DNA of 64,000 nt from Polyangiaceae bacterium. GTDB taxonomy: Bacteria > Myxococcota_A > Polyangia > Polyangiales > Polyangiaceae. The translations under genes were made by a program, and so were the position numbers. Every line of letters begins with the position of its first letter. Position 1 is the first letter of the stretch. The notes under the pieces were generated by a model. That model searched no databases and was not told the DNA's origin. It was given only the letters and a program-made list of their open reading frames with translations. Of the stretch, positions 28,490 to 38,389 are shown piece after piece. The stretch spans positions 880,334 to 944,333 of the forward strand of contig JAXLYR010000002.1 of the NCBI GenBank assembly GCA_046351325.1. The letters are read 5' to 3'.

Positions 28490-29743
28490 TTGCTCACGGT
28501 GCGCACGCCTTCGCTCCGCGAGCTCGTCCGCACCGCCGTCGACGATCTCGAGCCTCGAGAGCGCGTGCGCCGCGCACGCGACGCCGCGCCCGACGGTACC
28601 TACCAGAGTGCGGATCTCGTCGCGCTCCTCGATGGAACGGATCGGCTCTTCGCAGAGATCGCGCTCGCGTACGCCGAGGAGTCCTCGCGCGAGGCCGTCG
28701 CGCTCGCGCAAGACAGGTGCTCGCGGGCGAGCGGCGCGGGCTCCATGACCAGCGTCGCACCCACAATCGGCGTCGAAGGCAGCGCCGTCGCGCACGTCGA
28801 GCGCGAGCTCTTCTTGCGGAGCATCCTCGGCGCGACCCCGCCCGCTGGCTTCGTCGAGGCGCTCTCCGCGAGCATGCTCGATCGCGCTGCAGACGTGGGT
28901 GAGGTGCTCTTCGAGCGCGGCGCGCCCGCCGACGCCGTCTACTTCATCGTCGAGGGCGAGCTCGAGATGCAGGCGGCCGACGAGGAAGATCCGCTCGTCT
29001 TCGGACCGAACTCCATCGTGGGCATCCTCGACTGCAACGCGGGCCGGCCGCGCCTGCGCTCGGCCGTCGTGAGCAAGCCGGCGAAGCTCCTCGTCATGCC
29101 GTATCGCGTGTGGCTCGACGCCCTCGAGGACTTCCCGGAGTTCACCTCCACCTCGCGCCGCCTCGTCGCGCGCGGCGTGCACGACATGATGCTCGGGCTC
29201 GACGCTTCGCTCGAGCACGACGGCGGGCTCGGGCTGCTCGATCGGCCGCGACCGCTCGATGCGTCCGTCGCTGCGCGCGTCGCCCGCGGGGATCGCGTCG
29301 CGACGATGTTCGCCCTCGGGCAGAGCCGTCCCTTCGAGGCCTGCACCGTGGACACGCTCGCCGATCTCGCCGAGCGCGTCGCAGTCCTCACGCCCCCTGC
29401 CGGCGAGCTGCTCTTCGGTCCGCAGCTCGGTGGCAACCACCTCTTCATCGTCGTGGCTGGCCGCGTCCACATCGAGCGCCGCTTCGCGCCCATCATCCGC
29501 TTCGAACACCAACCAGGCGACACGCTCCTCGGCGGCGCCGCGCTCTCGGGCGTGCTCTCGGAGTACAGCGCGATCGCCGGCCCGCGCTCTGTCGTGCTCG
29601 CGGTCTCGTTCGCCGACATCGACGACGTGAGCGACGATCACTTCGATCTGTCGCGCTCGCTCTTGCGCTCCACGTCACTCGATCGCGAGCGCCTCATGAC
29701 GAAGGTCGCGGCGCGGCGATCGCGAACGACCGTTACTCCGTGA
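28490..29743 (+). CDS. Tandem cyclic-nucleotide-binding (CAP-effector) domains. Likely the C-terminal continuation of the TLC-HEAT protein.
   Basis: Two cNMP domains (GEVLFERGAPADAVYFIVEGELE...RLRSAVVSKPAKLLV; GELLFGPQLGGNHLFIVVAGRVHIE). The reading frame is open upstream into the HEAT gene. Confidence 0.7.
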   Translation: MLTVRTPSLRELVRTAVDDLEPRERVRRARDAAPDGTYQSADLVALLDGTDRLFAEIALAYAEESSREAVALAQDRCSRASGAGSMTSVAPTIGVEGSAVAHVERELFLRSILGATPPAGFVEALSASMLDRAADVGEVLFERGAPADAVYFIVEGELEMQAADEEDPLVFGPNSIVGILDCNAGRPRLRSAVVSKPAKLLVMPYRVWLDALEDFPEFTSTSRRLVARGVHDMMLGLDASLEHDGGLGLLDRPRPLDASVAARVARGDRVATMFALGQSRPFEACTVDTLADLAERVAVLTPPAGELLFGPQLGGNHLFIVVAGRVHIERRFAPIIRFEHQPGDTLLGGAALSGVLSEYSAIAGPRSVVLAVSFADIDDVSDDHFDLSRSLLRSTSLDRERLMTKVAARRSRTTVTP

Positions 29744-30843
29744 CCTCGACCAGGTTCGACACCGTGGTGCTGCCCCCGCGGTTGTCGCGTACGACGGCCC
29801 AGATCCGGTAGAGCCCGGGCTCGTCGGGTGGCACCCAGACCGTCGACGACGTGACCCGCCCCTTCGCGGAGTCGCTCACGAGCTTGACCTGCGATTGGAA
29901 GTCGCCGCCCGTCGAGAAGTAGCTGACCCACACGGACTCGGAGAGCTGGTTGCCCTGCGTGTCGAACGCGTCGGGGTCGACGCCGGCGACGTCGTCGGGC
30001 ACGTCGACGTCGACATCGAGCGTCGTGCACTCAGCGAACTCGTCCGGTGCGGAGCGGCCGGCCTTCCGGCGATCCTCGACGCTGATGGGGCAGGTGCCGG
30101 CCTCGATGGTCTCGTCGGCGGTGCGGGTCTGACCGTCGAACAGGAGGCCAGCGACGTTCGGGTTACCGTTCTGTCGGCCGCCGTCCTCGAAGACGTAGAC
30201 CTGCGTGTATCCAGGGACGAAGGCATCGGGCCCGAGCTGGCGACCCTCGGCGTCAAGCACCCGGCGGGAAGGGCCTGCGGCGGTGTCCTCTTGCTGGACG
30301 AAGCCGGATCTCACCCGCGCACGCGAGAAAGAAGAAGTACGCGAGGCCGACCTTCTGGGTGCCGTCGTCGGGATCGGGCAGCGAGCTCAGGATGTCTTCG
30401 GGGATCTGCGTCGTGAAGTTGGTGAGCCCCGGGCCCGCGGCGATGAGCCCGTCGGGTGGGATCTGGCCTGTTTGCAGCTGCGCGAAGAGCTCGCCGAGCG
30501 GCCCGTAGCAGCCGTAGTACTGGTCACCTTCAGGGTTGTAACAACCCGCGAGCCAGATGATGGTTACAGGCGTGAAAGTATCGGTCTCGCGCCCGTCGTA
30601 ATAGGTCATCTCGAGCGTGATGTCGTCGCCCGGGGCTGGGTAGGGCTTGTCGATGTCGACCGACAGCACGCGCACGGAGTTGACGAGGCTCTGCGGGTCG
30701 AAGGGCGCCGTGCAACCGCCCGCGCCCGATGCACCGATCACCCCGGCGACGGCCGCCGCGAGCCCGCCGCGCAACCAGAGCGACCGGCGCGAGCGGGCCC
30801 TCGTGGCTACAGGATTGTCAGCAGTCTTGCGGTGGTGTTGCAC
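29733..30843 (-). CDS. Secreted lipoprotein. Two overlapping ORFs (30253-30843 and 29733-30314) that probably form one gene with a frameshift near 30290-30310.
   Basis: N-terminal signal plus lipobox (AGVIGASGAGGCTAPF). The C-terminal part continues in another frame after a ttcttcttt run. Confidence 0.45.
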
Positions 30844-30855
30844 GGTGGCCTCGAC

Positions 30856-33581
30856 TCAGATGTCGGCGCGCAGGCCGAAGCTGGGCAAGATTGGCAGCCC
30901 GCTCACGTAGGAGCGCGACGTGTAGTTGAAGTTGTAGCCGACGCCCTCGGGGTTCTGGTTGTTGTAGACGTTCTGGACGTCGAGGTACGCCGCCATCGAG
31001 AAGTGTTTGAACTGCCACTTCTTGTCGATGCGCAAGGTCGAGCGCGTGGAACGGGGCAACCGCTCGCTGTTGTCGCCGGGGGATGGGCGTGTACGCGCCG
31101 CTCGCCGCGTGGAAGGGCGTTCGTGCGCGTCCGATCAAGTCCGACGCCGTCGGATCGCAAACATTACCGGATCGATCAGGTTGCCCGAGACGGGCCGCAA
31201 AGGCGTGCGCCGACCTCCCAGCCGTGGCCGAGCTGATAGCTGCCGAGGATCGTGAGGATGTGCGTCTGATCGAAGCTCACGAGGTACTCGGGCTCGGACG
31301 GTGAGTTCTGCCGGACGCTGCGCGAGATCGTGTACGCGATCCACCCGAAGAAGCGCTCGTCGGGCTTGTAGCGGAGCAGGAACTCACCGCCGACCGCGTA
31401 GCCGAGGCCTACGTTGTTGTAAGAGAGGCCGGTCGCGGTCGTCTGGCCCGTGACGAGATTGTCAAACTGCTTGACGAAGCCCTCGACCGAGAAGTCGAGG
31501 TTCTGCGTGATCTCCTGCTCGAGGCCGAGGGCGTAGTGGATCGCGCGGTTCGCCTGCGCGGTGCTGGTGCCGAGCGGCTCGACGACCTGCTGGAACTGCG
31601 GCGGCTGGTGGTACATGCCGACGCCGGCCTTCAGCGTGGTGCGCGGGAACTCGTTGTGGAGTCCGAAGCGGCCCGAGATGCGCGGGCTCACGTTGAACTC
31701 GTCGTTCACGCTGAAATAGTCGAGTCGCACGCCGGGGACGATGCGCACCGTGGGCAGCGGCTCGAGCGCGAGCTCGGGGTAGATGGCCGACTGCGTCCCC
31801 GCGACCGACGTCGAGAGCTCGACGAACGGGCGCGTCGAGAACGGCTGGTTCGGTGGCTCGCCGGGGCGCGCGTTCTGCTCGGGCAGGCGCAGGTTGACCT
31901 CGGCCCACGCGCTGAAGATGTCGAAGCCCGCGTTGAGGCGCACGGCCTTGGAGAAGGTGTGCGCGTACTCGAAGCGCGTGTTGAAGCTGAAGACGTTCAG
32001 GTTGAAGAAGAGCGGGCCGAAGCTGAACCCGAGGTCGTCGTGGCCGAACGCCATGACGGCGCGCGCTCGATCGACCGCGGTGATGTCGCGCTCGTAGAGG
32101 ACCTGCAGCCGCTGGAAGGCGGTGTGCAAACCGAGGTTGCCCGAGAGCGCGGGCTCGCCGGGAGAGGGATCCTGGACGAGCAGCTCGAGCGAGTCGTCGC
32201 TGCCGAAGAAGCCGAAGCGGAAGCGCCCTGCCTTCGGTGAGTTGTGCTCGATGAAGAGCTGGTAGTCGTAATAGACGGGGGCTTGCGTGACGCCCGCGCC
32301 TGCGGCCTCGAGGGTGGGGCCGAGCCACGCGTCGACGTAGCTGCGACGACCCGCTGCGAGGAAGGTCCAGCCGTCCTTGATGGGGCCCTCGACCAACGCG
32401 CGGGCGTCGATGAGGTCGGTCTGGATGAGGCCGTGATAGCCGTCGTCCTTGGGGCTCCGCAGGCCGACGTCGACGATGCCGCCCATCACGCGCCCGTACT
32501 CCGCGCCGAAGTTACCGGGGTAAAAGTCGATGCGATCGAGCACCTCGGTCGGCACGACGCTGGAGAGCCCGCCGAAGTGATAGATGAGCGGGACGGGCGT
32601 GCCGTCGATGAACGTCTGCGTGTCCTGCGGACCCGAGCCGCGCACGATGAGCAGGCCCGCGATAGCGGGCGGACGCGCGACGCCGGGCAGGTTCTGCAGC
32701 GAGCGCAGAGCGTCGCCGTTCGTGCCGGGGATGCGATCGATCTCGCGTTTTGATACGGTGCGCTTGACGACTTCGCGCGGGGGGCGCTCGCCGCGCACGA
32801 TGATTTCGACACCACCGCTCGCGATGAAGAGCCTGTATTTCACCTGGTTCGCGACGCCCGCGGTGACCTCCTCGACGAGGTCGCTGTCGCTGTAGCCGGG
32901 CGCGCGGATCGAGACGTCGTAGGTGCCGACCGTCAGCTCACCGAAGTCGAACTCACCAGCCTCACCAGCGACGACGGTGCGCGGCGGCGAGCCGTCGCGC
33001 GGCTTCAGCGTCAGGGTCGCGCCTGCGACGGGGACCTCGGTCGCGGCGCTGTCCTTGGCCTTGCCGGCGTCGTTCGCGGCGGCGACCACGGTGCCGCTCA
33101 ACCCCTGCGTGATCGGCGCTTGCGTGCCCGAGTCCTTCTCCTCGAGGTCGAACGTGAAGCGGTAGAGGATGCGCGCGGGCGTAGCCTTGCCGGACGCGTC
33201 GCGCGCGGGCTCGAACTCGAGCTGCTTGGCGGCAGCGGTCGCGGCCTCCGCGAAGGGATATTGCTTGGGTCCGCCGTCGACGACGGTCACGGTCGAGACC
33301 TTGCCGCGCTCGTCGATCACGAGCTCGAGCACGACCTGAGCCTCGACGCCGGCCTCGACCGCGGCCTGCGGGTGCTCGGGCGGGACGAACTTTACGAGGC
33401 GGGGAGGGACAGGCTGGCCGGGCGGTGGCTGCGTCTCCTCGGCCGGCTTCTTGACCGCGCCGCCCTCTCCGCGCGGCACGCCGTCCTGCGCGTACAGCGC
33501 TCGCGGGAGGGAGAGCGCACCGACGCCGACGAGCGCAACGGTGAGGAGCCTGCGAGCAGGCGAGCTCGGCGAAGACGGCAT
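30856..33581 (-). CDS. Oar-like TonB-dependent outer-membrane receptor with an N-terminal TonB-C-like domain and a CarboxypepD_reg domain. The 3' end appears frameshifted.
   Basis: Signal peptide. TonB C-terminal-like block (VKFVPPEHPQAAVEAGVEAQVVLELVIDERGKVSTVTVV...FEPA). Carboxypeptidase-regulatory-like beta-sandwich (ATLTLKPRDGS...GTYDVSIRAPGY). Plug domain (IPGTNGDALRSLQNLPGV...FIDGTPV) and a long barrel. The typical C-terminal strand (...NFNYTSRSYVSGLPILPSFGLRADI) is in another frame (30856-31059). At least two frame changes between 31060 and 31250. Confidence 0.75.
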
Positions 33582-33594
33582 CGCGCTTCGCTTC

Positions 33595-36500
33595 TTACAC
33601 CGGGTCGCGCCTCTTGAGTATGAGACAGAGCACGATCATCAGAAACAAAGTCGCTCCGCCGAGGACGGCGTAGGGCACCCACTGTTGTTCGTAACTGGTG
33701 AAACCCCAGTTGCCCGAGAACGTATCGCCGGCGATCTGGGCCGTCGCACATTGGAACTTCCCCTTGTGGATGAAGTCCGCTTGTTGTGTCGGCTCGTCCG
33801 GCATTTGGAGGTTGATCGACCAAGCAGGGTCGTTCTCCAGCGCGTTCCGCTCTGGGACGATCGCGGCCTCGAAGCCCCAGCGCGCCGGGATGCCTTGGAA
33901 GAGGTATTTCACCGGGGCGGCGACCGAAGACATGGGCACGATGAGCCCGGCGAGGACGACCTGCGGGATGAGCGCGATCGGCGTGAGCGCCATCGCGGCC
34001 TCGCTCGAGGTCACGACGGTCGAGAGCAAGAGGCCGAGCGCCACGGCGAGGAGCGCTGTCGCGACGAGGGCCGCGAGCATTTGTAAGAAGCCGTTCACCC
34101 CGCCGTGCAGGCCGAGGCCGAAGAACGTGATCCCGAGCAGCATCGTGCACTGGAGCACGCAGAAGACCGCGAGCAGGATGTACTTCGAGAAGACGTAGTT
34201 GAGCAGGCTCAGGTTGACCATGCGCTCGCGCAGGTAGATCGCCCGCTCGGCGACGATCTCGCGCGCGGCGTTCGACGTGCCAAACCACACCGCAGACAGC
34301 ACCAACAAGAAGATCGCCGCCGTCTGATCCGACGTCTGCGTCATCGAGTTGAGGATCTCGCCCGTCTTGTCGGCGGGGAGTCCGTCGCCGCGCTTCGAGA
34401 GCTCCTGCAGCGCGCCGAGGCACCAGCCGGGGACGGACTTCTCCTGCTTGCCGAAGACGGCCCACACGAGCGCGCCGATGATCGGCGCCTGCGCGAGCAT
34501 GATGATGATGCCGCTCCGGTCTCGGACCTTGCACTTGAAGTAGCGCGAGAGGAGAAGTCCGAGCTGCCCGCGGGTCTTCGTGCGGGTCGGCGGGATGCCG
34601 CGGTGGCCCTGGCCGGTGCCGATCTCGCGGCGCCCCGAGTACATGCGGCGATAGGTCGCGTTCGTGTCGGTGAAGAACTCCGCGCGCCACTCGGTCGCAG
34701 CGATCTTGCGGGCCTCTCCGCGCGAGGCGTTGGGGTTCTGCTGTTTGAGCCGCTCGAAGATCGGGCGCTCGCGCAAGGCGAGGCACTCGAACATGTCGCG
34801 CGGGTTGTCGACCGGATCGCCCTTCAGCCCGGCCCGCTCGCGGAACGAACCGAAGAAGCGATAGGCGTCCGTCGTGCCGCCGAAGAACGTGGGCACGCCG
34901 CCGTAGCCCATGATGAGGCAGTGCGAGAACTTCTCGAACTCGTCCTTCGCCGGCTGATGGATCGTCATGATGATCGTCTTGCCGGTGGCCTTCGTCAGGT
35001 TGGCGAGCAGCTCGATGAGCGCCGTCGTGTCGTCGGCCGCGAGGCCCGAGGTGGGCTCGTCGAGGAAGAGGATGACCGGGTCGGTCACGAGCTCGAGCGC
35101 GATGTTCACGCGCTTGCGCTGGCCGCCCGAGAGCACCTTCTTCTCGGGCTTACCAATTTGTAGGTTGCGCACGCCGTCGAGGCCGAGGTCCTTCAGCGTC
35201 TGCTCGACGCGCGCGTCGATCTCGTCGTCCGAGTAGTCGGGCGGGAGGCGGAACTTGGCGCTGTAGCGCACGGCCTCGAACACCGTGAGCTCGGGGTGCA
35301 CGAGGTCGTCCTGCGGGACGTAGCCGATGCTGCCGCGCAGCGTGTCGTAGATGTTGTAGAGGTCCTCGCCGTTGATGCGGACGACGCCGCTCGTCGGCGG
35401 GAGGTAGCCGTTCAGCGCGAGCAAGAGCGTCGTCTTGCCGGCGCCCGACGGGCCCATGAGCGCGATCATGTCGCCGGGCAGGGCCTTGAACGAGACGTTG
35501 TCGAGCAGCGTCTTCATCTGCCCGGTGCGATCGCGATCGGGCACCTCGAGGAAGAGGCTCCAAGCCTCGATCTCGTAGAGAGGTTTGCCGGCCCACTTCT
35601 CCTCGGCGTACTCCTCCTGCACGACCTCGGCGGCGCCCGACGCCGAGATCTCGATCTGCAGGGGCATCGGGCCGACGTAGATCTTCTCGGCGCTCGAGAC
35701 CGCGATCTTCTGTCCGGGCGGCGCGCGGTGTCCGCGCACGTACGTGCCGTTCGCGCTGCCTCGATCCTCGATGTAGAGCTGGCCCCCGATCTGGTGGAGC
35801 AGCGCGTGCCGGCTCGAGACCTGCGGGTGCTGGATGACGATGTCGTTGTCCGGCGTGCGGCCGATCGTTCGGACGGGCTTCTGCCCGCCGCCGAAATCCA
35901 AGTGGCCGAGGATGGTCTTGTTCTTCTTCGCTGCGGCGAGGCCGCCACCCATGCTCGCCGCGATGCTCGCACCGAGCGCTGGCGCTTGTTGTGGAGCAGG
36001 CCCCGCCATCTGCGGCGCCATCTGCGGCGCGGGCCCGCCCGGTCGCATCCCAGCCTGCTGCTGCGCCATGTACGCGTTCGTCTCGAGCACCGCGTTCGGC
36101 TGCGCGGCCGCAGCACCACCGAGCGCGACGGTGCCGACGCCTTGCTGAGCACCCATCACGCCCGGCCCCGGCATGGCTTGCGGTGGGCCAGGTGGGATCG
36201 AGCCCTGCGCGGGCTGCTGCGGGACCATCGAAGCGCTGTGACCGCCGGGCTGGCCGTACGCAGGCGCAGCGGGAACGCCCGCCGCGGCCTGCACGATCTG
36301 ACCGAGCAAGCCGACGGGGATCGGCACGGGACCGAACGCGACGATGCCGTTCGGCTCGAGCGGCGTCGGTTGATTCGGGACGATCTTCGCGCGGCTCGTG
36401 CCGACGAACGTGCCGCTCGTGCTGCCGTGATCGATGACCAGCATCCGGTCGACCATCACCGTCGCGTGCTGGCTCGAGACGCTCGGGTGTTGGATGACGA

Positions 36501-36870
36501 GCGAGGACCGGCCAGGGTCACGCCCGATGAGGAGCTGGCCGCGCTGGGCCTGCTGCTGCCCCACCGCCATGACCTGCATGACGATCGCGGGGTGGCTGAG
36601 CGGGACCGTCGCCCCGGCGATGGTGAACGCCGTGCGGAAGTCGAACGGGATCTGCTCGCCCGGGTTCAGCGGGCGCGCTTGCGGCGGGGCGTTCGGGCCG
36701 CCGGGCACCTGCATCGCGGTGTTGGGCCCTGCGGGGATGAAGAGGAGCTTGCCGCCGCCTTGATGGATGATGCGCGCGTGCTCGCCGAGGATCCCCGGTG
36801 CCTTGAGGACGACGTCGCAGTTCGGCGCGCTCCCGATGGAGACGGCCTGCTTTCCGAAACCAGGGATCAT
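33595..36870 (-). CDS. ABC transporter (ABCG/White-type ATPase plus ABC-2 permease) with three N-terminal FHA domains
   Basis: Three FHA signatures (IGSAPNCDVVL...; LLIGRDPGRSSLVIQHPSVSSQHATV...GSTSGTFV; RTIGRTPDNDIVIQHPQVSSRHALL...GSANGTYV). Walker A GPSGAGKTT. Signature LSGGQRKRV. Walker B ILFLDEPTSGL. Six C-terminal TM helices. 1091 aa. Confidence 0.9.
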   Translation of the reverse strand: MIPGFGKQAVSIGSAPNCDVVLKAPGILGEHARIIHQGGGKLLFIPAGPNTAMQVPGGPNAPPQARPLNPGEQIPFDFRTAFTIAGATVPLSHPAIVMQVMAVGQQQAQRGQLLIGRDPGRSSLVIQHPSVSSQHATVMVDRMLVIDHGSTSGTFVGTSRAKIVPNQPTPLEPNGIVAFGPVPIPVGLLGQIVQAAAGVPAAPAYGQPGGHSASMVPQQPAQGSIPPGPPQAMPGPGVMGAQQGVGTVALGGAAAAQPNAVLETNAYMAQQQAGMRPGGPAPQMAPQMAGPAPQQAPALGASIAASMGGGLAAAKKNKTILGHLDFGGGQKPVRTIGRTPDNDIVIQHPQVSSRHALLHQIGGQLYIEDRGSANGTYVRGHRAPPGQKIAVSSAEKIYVGPMPLQIEISASGAAEVVQEEYAEEKWAGKPLYEIEAWSLFLEVPDRDRTGQMKTLLDNVSFKALPGDMIALMGPSGAGKTTLLLALNGYLPPTSGVVRINGEDLYNIYDTLRGSIGYVPQDDLVHPELTVFEAVRYSAKFRLPPDYSDDEIDARVEQTLKDLGLDGVRNLQIGKPEKKVLSGGQRKRVNIALELVTDPVILFLDEPTSGLAADDTTALIELLANLTKATGKTIIMTIHQPAKDEFEKFSHCLIMGYGGVPTFFGGTTDAYRFFGSFRERAGLKGDPVDNPRDMFECLALRERPIFERLKQQNPNASRGEARKIAATEWRAEFFTDTNATYRRMYSGRREIGTGQGHRGIPPTRTKTRGQLGLLLSRYFKCKVRDRSGIIIMLAQAPIIGALVWAVFGKQEKSVPGWCLGALQELSKRGDGLPADKTGEILNSMTQTSDQTAAIFLLVLSAVWFGTSNAAREIVAERAIYLRERMVNLSLLNYVFSKYILLAVFCVLQCTMLLGITFFGLGLHGGVNGFLQMLAALVATALLAVALGLLLSTVVTSSEAAMALTPIALIPQVVLAGLIVPMSSVAAPVKYLFQGIPARWGFEAAIVPERNALENDPAWSINLQMPDEPTQQADFIHKGKFQCATAQIAGDTFSGNWGFTSYEQQWVPYAVLGGATLFLMIVLCLILKRRDPV

Positions 36871-36877
36871 GTGGTGC

Positions 36878-38365
36878 TCATCGAAGGAACAGGGCCCAGA
36901 CGATTGCCAGCGTCACGACCGCGATGGCGAAGCTGATGGCCAGCGCGAGGAAGAGCACGCTGCCCCCCCGGTTGTCGCCGCTGTTCGGCGCGAGCGCTGG
37001 ATCCCCTGCGTACGAGGCCGGGGCTTGAGGAATCGCTGCGGGGCCAGCGGCTTGCGGCGCGCCGACGACTCCCCCTGGGGGGGATGACCCCCCTCCCGGG
37101 GGGGGAGGGGCCTTCGGCGTGCCGCCGGCGGTCGCACCGAACTGGGGGCTCGGCACGTAGCGCACGGACATCGGAGGCAGAGGGAGCGCGCCGACGCCGT
37201 CCATGCGGTAGAGGCCCTGCTGCCCGGTCGCGGGCTGCGGCTGCATCTGGATTTGCGAGCCCGCCCCGGGCATCGCCGCGTGCGGTTGTGCGCCGCGCGG
37301 CCCACCCGCCATGATGTGCGTCCCGCCGAGGCCCTGAGGCGAAGCTGCGAAGGCGCCCTGCGAGGTGCCATCGTGAACCGTCACCGCGGGCGCGCCACCG
37401 ACCGTCGAGCCTGCAGGATCGACCGCCGTGGGCCCGACCCCCCCGCCGTGGACTCCAGCGCCCTGGCCTCCAGCGCCCTGGCCTCCAGCGCCACGCATCG
37501 CCATCGAAGCAGGCGGTTCGTTGACGGTCGTCGTCATCGCGTGCCCCTGCTGTTGGGGGGCCGCGCCGGGGTTCGTGCGTCGCTGCGCTGTCGCGATGAC
37601 GCGCACCATCTGGACCGTGATGTTGTCGTGGCCGCCGCGATCGTTCGCCATGCGAACGAGCTGCTTGCAGGCATGCTCGACGTTGCCCGACGCGAGGGCC
37701 TGTCGCGTCGCGCCCAAGATGTCGCGAGCGAGCGCGAGGTCGGTGAGGCCATCGCTCGACGTGATGAGCAGGTCGCCGGGGAAGAGCTCCATCGGCTCCG
37801 GACGGAGCTCGACGTCGACCTCGGGCTTCATTCCGAGCGCGCGCGTGATCTTGTTCGCGTCGGGGTGACCGATGGCTTGCTCCTCGGTCAAAAAGCCCGC
37901 GTCGATCATCGCTTGAACCATCGAGTGGTCGCGCGTGAGCGGGTAGATTTGACCCGAGCGGATGACGTACGCGCGGCTGTCGCCGACGTGCGCGACGTCG
38001 ACGCCCGCGTCGTGCAGGATCATCGCGACGACGGTCGAACCCGGGCGGACTTTGTTCTCCGGTGGACCACCGAGCTCGTACACGCGACGCCCTGCGACCT
38101 CGACCGCGTGCTTGAGGGCTTGCGCGGGTGAGAGCGTCGCGGCCGCCTTCTCCATCTCCTCGAAGATGGTGGTGATGGCGCGGCGGCTGGCCTCTTGGCC
38201 GCCGTAGTGCCCACCCATCCCGTCGCAGAGCACGACGAGGTGTCCGAAGCGCGTCTGCGAGTAGCCGCAGGAGTCCTCGTTGATCTGCTTGTTCGGATCC
38301 CGGCCAGGGTCGCTCTGTTGCGCGACTTCGATCTTGAGCTCGAGCGGCTGGGGAGGGGAGCTCAT
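36878..38365 (-). CDS. PP2C-family Ser/Thr phosphatase with a Pro/Gly-rich linker and a C-terminal TM anchor
   Basis: PP2C motifs (VLCDGMGGHYGG; GSTVVAMIL...VAHVGDSRAYV; SSDGLTD; DRGGHDNITV). About 200 aa low-complexity G/P/A region. Terminal TM FLALAISFAIAVVTLAIVWALFL. Confidence 0.9.
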   Translation of the reverse strand: MSSPPQPLELKIEVAQQSDPGRDPNKQINEDSCGYSQTRFGHLVVLCDGMGGHYGGQEASRRAITTIFEEMEKAAATLSPAQALKHAVEVAGRRVYELGGPPENKVRPGSTVVAMILHDAGVDVAHVGDSRAYVIRSGQIYPLTRDHSMVQAMIDAGFLTEEQAIGHPDANKITRALGMKPEVDVELRPEPMELFPGDLLITSSDGLTDLALARDILGATRQALASGNVEHACKQLVRMANDRGGHDNITVQMVRVIATAQRRTNPGAAPQQQGHAMTTTVNEPPASMAMRGAGGQGAGGQGAGVHGGGVGPTAVDPAGSTVGGAPAVTVHDGTSQGAFAASPQGLGGTHIMAGGPRGAQPHAAMPGAGSQIQMQPQPATGQQGLYRMDGVGALPLPPMSVRYVPSPQFGATAGGTPKAPPPPGGGSSPPGGVVGAPQAAGPAAIPQAPASYAGDPALAPNSGDNRGGSVLFLALAISFAIAVVTLAIVWALFLR

Positions 38366-38389
38366 GCGGCGATTTTCCCGTTCGACTCG

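Noticed and set aside
35296-36936. 546-aa plus-strand ORF inside the FHA-ABC transporter gene
   Set aside because: Antisense artefact. The minus-strand frame carries Walker A/B, the ABC signature and three FHA domains.
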